Positions 1 to 9,820 of a stretch of DNA of 64,000 nucleotides are shown piece after piece. Each line of letters opens with the position of its first letter. The first letter of the stretch is position 1. Origin of the DNA: a virus (Duplodnaviria; Heunggongvirae; Uroviricota; Caudoviricetes). The translations under genes and the position numbers were made by a program. The notes under the pieces were generated by a model, which did no database searches, had not been told where the DNA came from, and was given only the letters and a program-made list of their open reading frames with translations. The DNA lies in IMG/VR virus record IMGVR_UViG_3300029718_000386; one strand, 5' to 3'.

Positions 1-1041
1 TCTATTGAATGGGGCAGTAACAAGGCTATGCAGACCTTTTCCAGTAAGTAGCTTTGAGCCAGTCTCTAAACTCTTCATTACGCCAAGACTGCTCATCAGG
101 AAACTTCTGTTTTGGATCGGATTAACCTTAAACACGATTTGTGCCAATAGCTGATCTAACCGTTGAGCCATCTTGCTGATAGCAATAAGAGAAATCAGAG
201 ACAAGATTTTTGTACCAGCATCTGTTGACAAGTCGCCTGTAGAGCGTCCCCATGCAGAAAAGCAGTTGCTGAACGCAAGCAGACACAACTTATAACCAAC
301 AAGGTTGAATATGATGGTTAATACATTTGAAATCATCAAATTGAACCAGTTTTTGAAAATTTGGATGCTTTTTTCAGATACGATAGTCGCTGACGCAAGT
401 GGTGCGCTCAGCACCAATAAGTTGATCGTGAAATACCGTTCTGCATTTTCAGCAACCAGCTTGAATAAGTTGATTGTTGCCGCTATAACGCAGATCAAAA
501 ATAGAAGCACTCCGAACAAAGCTTCAATCGATTTAAATGTGCCGTTCGTAGAAATAACAAAATTAGAAAAAGAACCAAGAGTTCCATCTGTCAACTTATT
601 TAACAAGTCAGTTCCGCTTACTTTTGATAGCGGGAGTTGAAGATTAAGCACCTTGTTAAAGAAAGATTGAGCAAATGGAAAAATATAGTCTGTGATTGCG
701 GTTGCTAACCAGTAGTTACAAAAAATAGCAATAATGAACTTACCAACCAATGCATAAGGGTTCGGAATATCGTCATTTAATCTTCCGCTATACACGCGCA
801 ATAGGCCGAAAATTAAAAGCAAAATAGAAATAGATAAACCAGCCGTTGTAATGATAGTGTTGAGTTGATTCAGAAATGTTGCCCCGAACATAGACACAAA
901 CATATTGGTAGAAAAGTTAAATGGTTTCATAAAAAATTCGCCCATTGTGTTTAACAGTGAGAGAACAAGCTGCAGCAGACCAGACAACAATGCCCAGATT
1001 ACATCGCTAAGTATGCTTGTGATTAGACTACTTCCAACCAT
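1..1041 (-). CDS. Polytopic membrane protein, VirB6/TrbL-like conjugal-transfer candidate. Partial: it runs off the window start.
   Basis: Open minus-strand frame from an ATG at 1039-1041 (RBS GGAGGTG 7 nt upstream) to the window edge. The translation is very hydrophobic with many predicted TM segments. It is not in the ORF track because no stop falls inside the window. The family assignment is inference from topology and context only. Confidence 0.35.
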   Translation of the reverse strand, partial: MVGSSLITSILSDVIWALLSGLLQLVLSLLNTMGEFFMKPFNFSTNMFVSMFGATFLNQLNTIITTAGLSISILLLIFGLLRVYSGRLNDDIPNPYALVGKFIIAIFCNYWLATAITDYIFPFAQSFFNKVLNLQLPLSKVSGTDLLNKLTDGTLGSFSNFVISTNGTFKSIEALFGVLLFLICVIAATINLFKLVAENAERYFTINLLVLSAPLASATIVSEKSIQIFKNWFNLMISNVLTIIFNLVGYKLCLLAFSNCFSAWGRSTGDLSTDAGTKILSLISLIAISKMAQRLDQLLAQIVFKVNPIQNRSFLMSSLGVMKSLETGSKLLTGKGLHSLVTAPFNR

Positions 1042-1119
1042 TTGTGTATTCACCTCCGTTTCTAAAAAATAAGGGGCTTAAATGAATTAAGCCCCTTGAT
1101 GAATTAACTCTTTAATGGT

Positions 1120-1536
1120 TTAGAATAATTGAGCAAAACTCATAATGTCTGCTGCTTTAGCCGCACCGAAATCGTATTGCGTTCCGGAGAACAAGCTGAC
1201 ACCGTATGTCAGAATAGAACCAAGCAAGAAGAACACAACAAAGCATCCAACAGCACGTTTGGCCCAGCTAATTCCTTCATCTGCAGACTTTGAAGATTTA
1301 CCAATCATGATTGTCACGATTGAGATACCAAGCACCAGAACACAAAGTGGTGTAAACACTGTGTTAAGCAATGTACCAAGGCTCTTGATGACATTCAAAA
1401 TTGCATCGCTTAAGCCGGTAGCTGCAAACGCTTGAACTGCCATTGCACTTGTTACAGCAAAAGCAGCCATAGCGGAGATGCAATTGCTTAGCTTTTTGCT
1501 GTTTTTGTTTTGAAGCGTATTTTTTTTTGTCAACAT
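1120..1536 (-). CDS. Small membrane protein with a cleavable signal peptide and two hydrophobic helices, VirB2/TrbC pilin-like.
   Basis: 138 aa. N-terminal signal with AxA-like site (AVQAFAATG), then TM, a short K/S loop and a second TM. RBS GGGGGATTACG upstream. The architecture is typical of T4SS pilins. Confidence 0.35.
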   Translation of the reverse strand: MLTKKNTLQNKNSKKLSNCISAMAAFAVTSAMAVQAFAATGLSDAILNVIKSLGTLLNTVFTPLCVLVLGISIVTIMIGKSSKSADEGISWAKRAVGCFVVFFLLGSILTYGVSLFSGTQYDFGAAKAADIMSFAQLF

Positions 1537-1614
1537 AATACGTAATCCCCCTTTCGTAGTGTTTTGTAAGTATTTTGTTGATTATTATGAAGCGGATATA
1601 TTCCGCATCTTTGC

Positions 1615-2040
1615 TTATTTAGTTTTCCCATCTTTGAACAAGCCACTGCTGAATCCGCCAATACTCGGATCTTTGGCATTTGAATAGGTATAGGAGTGAT
1701 TTGGCACAGCCTGACCGACAAAATGAATGATAGCTCCGGATAAGTTGAAAATTACAAATACAGCAATAATTGTTGTTATAAATTTCAAAGCACCGGATAC
1801 GACCTTTTGATCTCGACTTACCATCACTTGAATAAGTGAGAAGCCTGTCGCAAGCACACATAGTGAATTAAACCAAGGAGAGATTTGGCCAATAATATTT
1901 TTTACTTCAGCCATACCTGCGGCTTGTGTTACTGATGGTGCTTTGGCAGCGTAAGCCATGCTCGGAAAACAAAGGAAAATTCCAAGGAATATCAGAGAAA
2001 AGATTGTTCCTAAGAGAATATTTTTCGATTTTTGTGTCAC
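1615..2040 (-). CDS. Second pilin-like small membrane protein, paralogous in architecture to 1120..1536.
   Basis: 141 aa with a GTG start. Signal peptide (SMAYAAKAP) followed by two TM helices. RBS GAAAGGGGTG. Confidence 0.35.
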   Translation of the reverse strand: MTQKSKNILLGTIFSLIFLGIFLCFPSMAYAAKAPSVTQAAGMAEVKNIIGQISPWFNSLCVLATGFSLIQVMVSRDQKVVSGALKFITTIIAVFVIFNLSGAIIHFVGQAVPNHSYTYSNAKDPSIGGFSSGLFKDGKTK

Positions 2041-2120
2041 AAATTCATCACCCCTTTCTAAGAAAAAAAGCGGGAAGGCACATCTGATAACTGTACCACT
2101 CCCGCCGTGTTGTTCGATTT

Positions 2121-2426
2121 TTCAATAAATTTGATCTGGAATGACCAGCACACAGACGGAGCCAAAGGCCCGGTCTGTGGTAAACCCACATCGTCAATGT
2201 TATGAATTGTTTGTTGTATACTGCACGTCTCCGACCCCATCAGAGATTTTTAACAACACACCGTAGTGCAAGGGGCTTGTGGAGCACCCCTTGGTACCTA
2301 TTTGGCAGCCGAGGCTGCCATTAAAACATAACGTAGCACTCGAAGTGCTTAGACTAATCAACTATGGACTTGCGATTACTCACAAGCCCAGACTGACTGT
2401 TTTACGGTCAGTCTGTGGTAATTGAC
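2121..2426 (-). ncRNA. Orphan copy of an approximately 306-nt structured RNA element (omega-RNA-like scaffold) with no adjacent iscB.
   Basis: About 95% identical to 25239..25544, which lies directly upstream of iscB. The differences include paired, compensatory changes in hairpins, for example ggacttgcg...cacaagccc versus gggcttgtg...tacaagcccc. The element ends exactly at the stop codon of the SpoVG-like gene. Confidence 0.4.
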
Positions 2427-2819
2427 TTACGCAGCCTGCGGAATCGAAGAGATGCGCTCATCTGTATCTTTTTGACAAGCAATCTTGTACGCTTGCATAA
2501 TACCCCGATTCAATTCTTTTGAAGCTTCAGGGCTATTTGGAAAAGCAACGCTTACAAATACGTCTTTACCATTACGCTTGCGCAGTCTCTTTGATGGATA
2601 TACAATCGTAATTCTACCAAATCGCTGAAGAATACAAATGTCATTGATTACAATGTGTCCATAAGTCACCTTCGCAAATGCCTTCAGCTCCTTCCCATTA
2701 AACAAACGAATGTCTACCTGATACGGAATGCACATATTACCATGTGAGTCTTTCTTGAGAAGGTCGCTTACATTGATCATCATTTCCGGTGAACTGTATT
2801 CGTTTTTGTGTTCCGGCAT
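2427..2819 (-). CDS. SpoVG-like protein.
   Basis: Resembles the SpoVG fold sequence: KAFAKVTYGHIVINDICILQ...ITIVYPSKR...VFVSVAFPNS. Likely start MPEHKNEY with RBS GAAAGGAGG 6 nt upstream. Confidence 0.45.
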   Translation of the reverse strand: MPEHKNEYSSPEMMINVSDLLKKDSHGNMCIPYQVDIRLFNGKELKAFAKVTYGHIVINDICILQRFGRITIVYPSKRLRKRNGKDVFVSVAFPNSPEASKELNRGIMQAYKIACQKDTDERISSIPQAA

Positions 2820-3004
2820 CGAAATCCTCCTTTCATCGTATTGGATTGTTTTAAGTGTCTCGTGTATTTTTGCTCTGTGAACACAAGACACAAAAAATAA
2901 AAAGAAGGAGAACGCATTTCGTGCCAGTTATGGCAGCAGCATTCTCCTTGTTAAAATAATTATAACACTTTTGTGAATTTCGGACAAATTTTACAAATGA
3001 ACAG

Positions 3005-3040
3005 AAAAAAAGGCGACAGATTTCTCTGTCGCCTTTTTAT
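3005..3040 (-). terminator. Rho-independent terminator (bidirectional hairpin) after the vWA gene.
   Basis: aaaaaaaGGCGACAGatttctCTGTCGCCtttttatt. Perfect 8-bp stem flanked by A and T runs. Confidence 0.55.
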
Positions 3041-5250
3041 TATAAAAGCTTTTTTATTTTTGCCAGCAAAATTCTCGCTATTTCTGTCGGCAGTTTTTGT
3101 AGATCTCGACCGTCTACAAGTTCTTTGCCATAAATGGCTTGCAGATTATAAAAATCGTCGCCAATAGCGATAGGAATAATTGCAATATGTGATTTTTTAC
3201 ATATTTTGTTCAAATATTCCATATCGTGGACCATTTGTGTATGGCCGTAACCGGTACCATTCGGACGGCCATCTGACAAGACAAACAAAAACTTTTGTGT
3301 TTCTGGCCTCTTAACTAGCTTAGAAATGCCAAAACGAAGTCCATAGCCATCATGATTACAAGCATTATGTGCTTTCATAGACACAAGTTTTGAAGCATTG
3401 ATGTTGTTCTTGACGTCATCCATCTTCAGATACTCGTTAATCATAACACTTCCGTACTCACAGTGACCGTAAACTCCAAATGGAATTTTCAGCTCTCTGC
3501 AAAACGCTTCCAGACACATTGCTGCTAGTCTTGCTGCTTTCTCACGATCTCCGTCCATACTGCCAGATTCATCAACCATGATTTCGACAGCACACAGCGG
3601 ACGTTTTGTCGGTGCAGTGATATCCATAAATACTCTCTCTGAACCGGACGCATACGCATTGACATCCAACATAATGCCCTCATCTTGTTCATAGTAGATA
3701 TTCCCTTTTCGACGTTCCTTGAGAACTTTAAGGACTTTTTTGGCCAATGTTTTCGCAATTGCCTTCTCTTTTGATGTGAAAATTGCATTATAAGCATTTA
3801 CATCAGTCTCAAAATCTCTGCGAATACTGTGTGACAGATTTGCTACTCTGCCATCTTTGATAAATCTACCGAATTCATGGTTTTCATATTGTCGATTTAG
3901 AGCTTCCAGGTTTTGCTCTGCAAAGATCTTATTCAAAACTGATTCAGAAGATTTGTTGGCTTCGTTTTCGGCTTTTGCAAAAATATCCTGCAGTGCTTTG
4001 CTGAAAGCAGGATCAATAGGCGCTTGTTTGCTTTTATCTGTTTCTTCATTCTGTTGGCTCTGGCCGTCTGCCTTCTGATTTTTATTTTCAGAACTTTTTT
4101 GTTGCTTGTTTTGGGAACCAACGGCATTTTTGCCGTTAGTATCATTTTCACCAGATTCATCATTTGGAGAGCCCGTAGAAGCGCTTTCAGTGCCGTTTTC
4201 TTTGTTTTGCGAGTCAGTGCTAGGCTGTTCAGTCTTACTGCCTTCTGCGTCATTCTGAGAGCCTTCGAAGCCACTCTGATTGTCCTTGCTTGAATTGTCA
4301 GAAGAAGATTGGCTTGACTGAGCACTCTGTCTCTGATTGGCTTGACCAACCATTGTAGAACGCGATTGTCCTTGCCCATCCTCTTGCTCATTCATCTCAC
4401 TCTGGTCATCAGAGATTGCATTGTCATCTGCAAATTGAGACAACATATTGAGTGCCTGCTGGATTTTATCAGCTTGCTCAAAGTATTCATAAAAATACTT
4501 CCACAAGATCTGCATAATTTTTCCAACAACGTAAAGACGATCCTCATAATTTGGCATCGACTCCACAGCAAACAAAGGCTGCGTATCCTTTAATTCCGGA
4601 TACAACTTCAGACTTTCATCCGCAAAGCAACCTCTTGCCTGGCAAAGAAGCAAATTAAGCAATGCATTGACATCTTTGCTTTGAGTAGCCTCAGCTGAAA
4701 TATGTTGCCGCAGACGTTCTGTCAAAGCATCAACATAGCAAGCAAATCCAGGGTACTTTTGTACAGCAAGATACTCAATTACCGGGTCCTCAACAATGTT
4801 TGCAATCTCAAAAAACAGCTTATCAAATAGCGTTTTGGAAATCCCGTAAGATTTCTTTACTTCATCGGCTTGCTGAAAGCCGTCAAAATATTCGTCATAT
4901 GGAAAAGCTGTTTTCTTTTGCAGCTCCGCAGCTCTAGCGAAATCTGTGTGCAGCCCATGGCCAAACACTTCGTGTGTCAGCTTGCCAAGAGCAAGCTTTT
5001 TGCGCTCTACAAAGTTCAGACCTTCATCCAACACAGAGTCCAAATTGATGTAACACTCTTTGTCGGAAATCCAGGCAACATCTCCGTCAGGAGCAAAGTC
5101 TGTACGAATCGGTACAGACTTGAAACCATAATAGTTCAAACTGGAATTGGCCAGCCCTTGTAGGACTGACCGAAAACCAGATGCCTTAACTATTTCCTTG
5201 AGAGAAGTGTTTTCTTTCACAAACTCTCGAAGTTGTTTTTTATCCATCAT
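3040..5250 (-). CDS. vWA-domain protein with an N-terminal HExxH metallopeptidase-like domain and a long acidic/Q/S-rich linker (DUF2201-like partner of MoxR ATPases).
   Basis: HEVFGHGLH motif near the N-terminus. MIDAS-type vWA motif VDESGSMDG and later LSDG near the C-terminus. About 200 aa of low-complexity D/E/Q/S/N linker. Confidence 0.6.
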   Translation of the reverse strand: MMDKKQLREFVKENTSLKEIVKASGFRSVLQGLANSSLNYYGFKSVPIRTDFAPDGDVAWISDKECYINLDSVLDEGLNFVERKKLALGKLTHEVFGHGLHTDFARAAELQKKTAFPYDEYFDGFQQADEVKKSYGISKTLFDKLFFEIANIVEDPVIEYLAVQKYPGFACYVDALTERLRQHISAEATQSKDVNALLNLLLCQARGCFADESLKLYPELKDTQPLFAVESMPNYEDRLYVVGKIMQILWKYFYEYFEQADKIQQALNMLSQFADDNAISDDQSEMNEQEDGQGQSRSTMVGQANQRQSAQSSQSSSDNSSKDNQSGFEGSQNDAEGSKTEQPSTDSQNKENGTESASTGSPNDESGENDTNGKNAVGSQNKQQKSSENKNQKADGQSQQNEETDKSKQAPIDPAFSKALQDIFAKAENEANKSSESVLNKIFAEQNLEALNRQYENHEFGRFIKDGRVANLSHSIRRDFETDVNAYNAIFTSKEKAIAKTLAKKVLKVLKERRKGNIYYEQDEGIMLDVNAYASGSERVFMDITAPTKRPLCAVEIMVDESGSMDGDREKAARLAAMCLEAFCRELKIPFGVYGHCEYGSVMINEYLKMDDVKNNINASKLVSMKAHNACNHDGYGLRFGISKLVKRPETQKFLFVLSDGRPNGTGYGHTQMVHDMEYLNKICKKSHIAIIPIAIGDDFYNLQAIYGKELVDGRDLQKLPTEIARILLAKIKKLL

Positions 5251-5256
5251 TTCTCC

Positions 5257-6796
5257 TTAATTGAGACCCAAAATAGAGTCAAGTTTATCGCTGATAATTT
5301 CAGCATAACCATCCTCCAAAGAGGTCTTATTTTCAATTGTCAGGGCAGCAGACTGTCGTAAAGTCCCACCATTGAACTGGTAGTCATTAATACAATCAAT
5401 TGCCCCACGAATATCCGCAATGCCCTGCGTAATGCTTTGATCGCGGATGATTTCCTGCAACTCGCCAATGGCATGAATGACCTTGGCCACATCTTCCCTA
5501 TCGCCCTGATATCCGGTAACAGACATCACACGGTCAATCTGTTCAGAAACTGTCGGTGCGTCAATTTTCTTGACATAAGCAACACGGGACAGCAGGGACA
5601 GGTTAAAGGGATTGCATCCTTCGTAATCCACATTCGTTGTAAAAATGAATGTGGTGTTCGGATGAATGGGTACCTGCGCACCATTCGGCAAGATCAAAGT
5701 GCGATTGGAGTCTAATACGCAATTCAAAAAGCCAAGCGTACCGGCGTTGATAATTAGAGAGGGCTCCTGGATTTCAATTATCCAGCCGTAACGACAAGCC
5801 AATACCAGTTCCGTTAAGGAATACTGAATCTCATCGTTATCGATGCCAGTCACATCAACATCCTTTTTCCAAAGGCTTTTAACTGCCCGCTGAAAGAACT
5901 TCACAAGTGCTCCGTTAGAAGCAATTTTGTTAGGCTTACCACGCAGATCACTTTCGTTTGTCATCGCAGAACAACAAATGAAAGTATACGGAATTCCGGT
6001 CATCTTGCTGAAATATTTACCCATTTCAGACTTACCAGTTCCGGCAGGTCCATAAAAGAAGAAAGCAGGTGCCTTCCCCATCTTTTGGATGCCATTATAC
6101 AGACGAGACACAAACAGTTTATCGTTGTTTGTAGGAACATAACCTTCGACAAGCTGATTGGAAGCAATACGCTCCTTCTCAAACTTGTTGTAGGAATTTT
6201 CCTGTCTGATAGTCCAGTCTCGTTCGTTAAACGCAGGTACTGAATTGACAGTCTGCTTCGCATCCATCGGCAACGCCTTTGCAGAGATACCGAGACCGTT
6301 CACCGCATGTGGGTACGGAACTCCGTTGGCACACAAAGTTACAAGAGGCGTTAAGTTGTTCAAAAACGCCGGCAAAACAGGTCCGCTTAACGAGAGTGGA
6401 CGCCAAGGAACCATTCTAGAATTGCTATCTTCAAGATTAACAATCCTTTGTTCAATTTTTTCCTTGTCGAGTACAGATGAAACTTCCGTCATACAAGACG
6501 CAATGACAATAAACATTGCATCAACTGCTGACTCGCCACTAATAGTCCGTCTATCAAAGTAAATTTCACCTTGATACCAGCAGCCAGTGACTACCCGAGA
6601 CTTATAGGCGTACTGCAGTTCGACGGCTACAGCGCCTTGGTTAGATTCGGCAATAATAACACTAAGTTTTTTATCGCTGATCAAATTGAAAAAGTAATTA
6701 ATCAATTTGGCAACATTGTTTGCCCCATCGATGTTATTAGGAACCTCATTTGCTGCAGTCAATGCCGTTCGATTCCATTTTGTTCTATTTGCCATA
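5257..6796 (-). CDS. AAA+ ATPase, MoxR-like (AAA_5-type).
   Basis: Walker A GPAGTGKSE and a Walker-B-like WIIEIQE. Probable start MANRTKW (ATG around 6796, RBS GGAGGA). The longer ORF in the track starts further upstream without an RBS. Sits immediately upstream of, and is likely co-transcribed with, the vWA gene. Confidence 0.6.
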
Positions 6797-6917
6797 ATAA
6801 ATTTCCTCCTTAATAAAAAAGAGCCATCAGTAAAGAACTGACGACTCTTTTTGTTTTTAATGTTTATTTTTTTTATAACTATAACTTCTGTGCAAAAGCG
6901 CAGAATATAATTAACAC

Positions 6918-6930
6918 CATAATTATAACA
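6918..6930 (-). promoter_or_regulatory. One instance of a recurrent extended -10 promoter motif (coding-strand GTGTTATAATTAT, i.e. TGnTATAAT).
   Basis: Plus-strand ATAATTATAACAC. Similar instances at about 2958, 7958, 17713, 22139, 29916, 38838, 39815, 39960, 50556, 54972 and 55466. Most lie 40-140 nt upstream of a minus-strand start. Confidence 0.45.
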
Positions 6931-6986
6931 CAAAACGAAATCAAAACAAAAAAAGAGACGCATAAGCGTCTCTTTTTTATTATAGT

Positions 6987-7397
6987 TTAGAAGGGCAGAT
7001 CGTCGTCCTCGTCCACCTCTTCACCCACATCTTCGGATGCAGGCTCAGGCTTAGCAGCGGGCTTGGAAGCGCCACCGCCGTTCTGTCCACCAAAGGCCGT
7101 CAGGCCATTGACCAGTACACGGAAGTTCCGGCGCTGATGACCTTCCTTATCCGTAAATTCACTGAAATCGGGAGTGCCGGTTACAGTAACGGACATGCCC
7201 TTCTTCAGCCAACCCAGAGCACCGCTCTGCATACAGTCGAAGAAGTTAGCTTTGTCCTTGTTATAAGGCTGGCAGGCAACCGTATAGGTCGCGAACTCCT
7301 TGCCGGACTTGCCGATACGAACCTCTGCGTCTGCCACAAGACGCCCTGTAATCATAATGTTGGCGAGATCTCTGCCTCGATTTTCTTTATTTGCCAT
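6987..7397 (-). CDS. ssb: Single-stranded DNA-binding protein.
   Basis: OB-fold-like core, Gly-rich linker and the acidic C-terminal tail DEDDDLPF characteristic of SSB. Start MANKENRG with RBS AAAGGAG. Confidence 0.8.
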   Translation of the reverse strand: MANKENRGRDLANIMITGRLVADAEVRIGKSGKEFATYTVACQPYNKDKANFFDCMQSGALGWLKKGMSVTVTGTPDFSEFTDKEGHQRRNFRVLVNGLTAFGGQNGGGASKPAAKPEPASEDVGEEVDEDDDLPF

Positions 7398-7427
7398 AAT
7401 AATTCTCCTTTCTGGCAATTCGATATA

Positions 7428-7874
7428 TTAAGAAACACCTAAATAATAATCCCTGTCATATTTCGGTGCAAACTCAAATTTTTTAAACTTTTCATTCAGT
7501 TTTTCAAATGAGTTAAAACGCACTTTGTTGTTTGGGAAATTTAAGGTGTATTCTTCCGTCAGGGGTAGATACAAGAACATGTATTTGTTTTTAATACCTT
7601 CGTTGTCCTTGTATTTAATACGTTGAACAATCTGATATGGATCTTCATATTCTACGACTTTTTCTTTTAGCTGTTTGTCACGATACGTCAGCACGATCTT
7701 TGCCAACACAACATCGTACTGCGATGGTGCATCTTTCAGCATAATGTCATCCTTATAGGACAAGACAACATACCGATCAAAGCCATCAGATAAACACTGA
7801 CAAACATAAGAATCGAGCAGAGGCCGATATCGCTCTCTCAATTCTTCGATTTTTTCGATTTTTCGTAATGCCAT
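7428..7874 (-). CDS. Hypothetical protein.
   Basis: ORF with RBS AGGAGAT before MALRKIEK. No recognisable motifs. Confidence 0.4.
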   Translation of the reverse strand: MALRKIEKIEELRERYRPLLDSYVCQCLSDGFDRYVVLSYKDDIMLKDAPSQYDVVLAKIVLTYRDKQLKEKVVEYEDPYQIVQRIKYKDNEGIKNKYMFLYLPLTEEYTLNFPNNKVRFNSFEKLNEKFKKFEFAPKYDRDYYLGVS

Positions 7875-7995
7875 TTTATCTCCTACAATAATATGAAAAG
7901 ACGGGCACCACAAGGATGACCGTCTTAAAAGCAATTTATTTTTTGTTATAACTTATAACGTCATAATTATAACACATTTTTGTAAACGAGACAAA

Positions 7996-8421
7996 TTATG
8001 CAACATTCAAGTGTTTATTGGGCAGGCTTTCCAGCCAATCAACAAAGTCCCTATCGTACACATACCGAACGTTGTCAAGCGTAAAAGCACCGGGTATAAC
8101 ATCCATAATTTTCTCGGCCTTAGGTCTCCCTACGCTGAAAATGTCCATAATATCCGCAACCGTGTACATTGCAGGGCGTATTTTAATGACTTTTGTGTCA
8201 ACGCCCTCCCCTAAGTGTGAATAGTACATTGCTTCACTTACCAGATAGCCATTTGTAAAGTAATCACTTGCCAGAATATAGCGACGGGAATTGATGTAAA
8301 AATAATCATATTTTTTCATTTTACAATAGGCTTGAGAATATGTGCAGCCTTCGATTCTTTGAATATCAACAGCACTGATCACATACATTTGGAATTTGCC
8401 ATCATTTCTTTTAATACGCAT
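7996..8421 (-). CDS. Hypothetical protein.
   Basis: 141-aa ORF with RBS AGGAGAG before MRIKRNDG. Confidence 0.4.
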   Translation of the reverse strand: MRIKRNDGKFQMYVISAVDIQRIEGCTYSQAYCKMKKYDYFYINSRRYILASDYFTNGYLVSEAMYYSHLGEGVDTKVIKIRPAMYTVADIMDIFSVGRPKAEKIMDVIPGAFTLDNVRYVYDRDFVDWLESLPNKHLNVA

Positions 8422-8488
8422 AACTTATCTCTCCTTGATTTTTTTGTAAAACAAAAGAAGCCTCAAATGAGACTTCTTTATTTAATTT

Positions 8489-8758
8489 TTAAGCGTCCTT
8501 TAGAAAACGCTTGGCTGTATCGCCAACCATCACTACGCAATTGATTTTACCAAACAAATCGCGAGAATTGCGAATGGACGAAATGTCCCCGTTATAGGCA
8601 AATCGTGCGCAGTCTAAAAGAATTTGATCGGTAATTCTGGCTTTATCAATAACAACAGGCAGATGCGTCTGTGTATGAAAATAGATAAATTTTCCATCGT
8701 CTTTATAAGACCTATTGATTCCGATCAGATAACTATCCAGCTTTAAGCTGTTTGTGAT
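8489..8758 (-). CDS. Small hypothetical protein.
   Basis: The C-terminal 89 codons of track ORF 8489..9031 start at MITNSLKL and overlap the end of the primase-like gene by about 25 nt. The longer version would overlap 8733..9782 out of frame. Confidence 0.3.
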   Translation of the reverse strand: MTNSLKLDSYLIGINRSYKDDGKFIYFHTQTHLPVVIDKARITDQILLDCARFAYNGDISSIRNSRDLFGKINCVVMVGDTAKRFLKDA

Positions 8759-9782
8759 CATTTGTTTCCCCCTTTTGTGCAACAACATACTTGAGCTCGT
8801 CGTTGATGTCTTTCCCGTGTTCGGCACGTACATCAACAATTTTTCCATTCCAATGCATATCACGCAACATCTTCTTTGTGTGCGTTCTTGCATTTTCTCC
8901 GGCCTTGTCATTATCCAAGGCAAGATAAATGGTTTCAATAGACGGGTCCTTTCCCAACCAATACTTGATGCACTTGTATTTTGAGCACCCGGTAAGCGCC
9001 AGGTAATTGAATTTGGCGAAATCATCACCATTCAGATCAAACAATGACATATATGCCATTGCGTCAATCACAGCTTCCGTAACAACCATTTTATTTGAAT
9101 GATTGTTAATGTAGAAGGCATGATCTACATCGCTGCCGGTCACACCGTAAGTAATACGCTCGTTCCAGTTGGTATCTCGAACACAGCCAAATACAGGAAC
9201 GCCGTCTTCATTGTAAGACACATATATGCACTTACCGGTAAGGTCCTGATACATATAATTGTTATCAATAAAGTAGTCGTAAACATGCGGTGTAATCTTT
9301 CGAAACCCTACCAGATATGCAAACAGCCGTTTATAACCGGTGTGCGGATCATCGCAAGGATGACGCAGAGGCAGTTTAAACTCTCTGCTAACATTACGCA
9401 ATGAACTTTGTCTTTTGGATTTTGCAGCAGCGGCAAATTCATTCCGATCTGGAATACCAGCCAAAAAGCGATTTCCGTAATCGATTAAGATCTTTACTGC
9501 CTGACTGAAATCCACATCTTCCGTATTCATGATAAAATCGATGATGCTTCCGTGTGGATTTCTACCCTTGCCTGAGTTACGCCAAAAGCAATTGGCTTGC
9601 AGGTCAATTACAAGGGACGACATATCATTCGAATCCGGAGCTGCAAACTCAATCTTTGGTGTTACATAAGAACGACCAACTTGCTTCCACTCCGTAATCC
9701 CGACCATATCCTCGGCGTATGTCTGGATAGACACATTCTGCTTGAGATATTCAATGTCTTCTTTGTTATCCTTGAACTGCAT
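8733..9782 (-). CDS. Toprim-domain primase-like protein (DUF3991 + Toprim architecture common in Firmicutes conjugative elements).
   Basis: Toprim motifs VTEAVIDAMAY (Glu) and YLALDNDKAGENA (DxD). RBS GAAAGGAGG before MQFKDNK. Confidence 0.6.
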   Translation of the reverse strand: MQFKDNKEDIEYLKQNVSIQTYAEDMVGITEWKQVGRSYVTPKIEFAAPDSNDMSSLVIDLQANCFWRNSGKGRNPHGSIIDFIMNTEDVDFSQAVKILIDYGNRFLAGIPDRNEFAAAAKSKRQSSLRNVSREFKLPLRHPCDDPHTGYKRLFAYLVGFRKITPHVYDYFIDNNYMYQDLTGKCIYVSYNEDGVPVFGCVRDTNWNERITYGVTGSDVDHAFYINNHSNKMVVTEAVIDAMAYMSLFDLNGDDFAKFNYLALTGCSKYKCIKYWLGKDPSIETIYLALDNDKAGENARTHTKKMLRDMHWNGKIVDVRAEHGKDINDELKYVVAQKGETNDHKQLKAG

Positions 9783-9820
9783 AAGCTCATTTCCTCCTTT
9801 CTTATTTTTCGAACGCTTTC

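Noticed and set aside
305-640. 111-aa plus-strand ORF
   Set aside because: Antisense to the long hydrophobic minus-strand ORF that runs from 1041 to the window edge and has a proper RBS. No RBS of its own.
2058-2240. 60-aa minus-strand ORF
   Set aside because: Falls inside the conserved structured RNA element (copy A). The equivalent stretch in copy B is not an ORF.
8489-9031. Full 180-aa version of this ORF
   Set aside because: Its 5' 300 nt overlap the Toprim gene in another frame. Only the 3' 89 codons, starting at MITNS, were kept.
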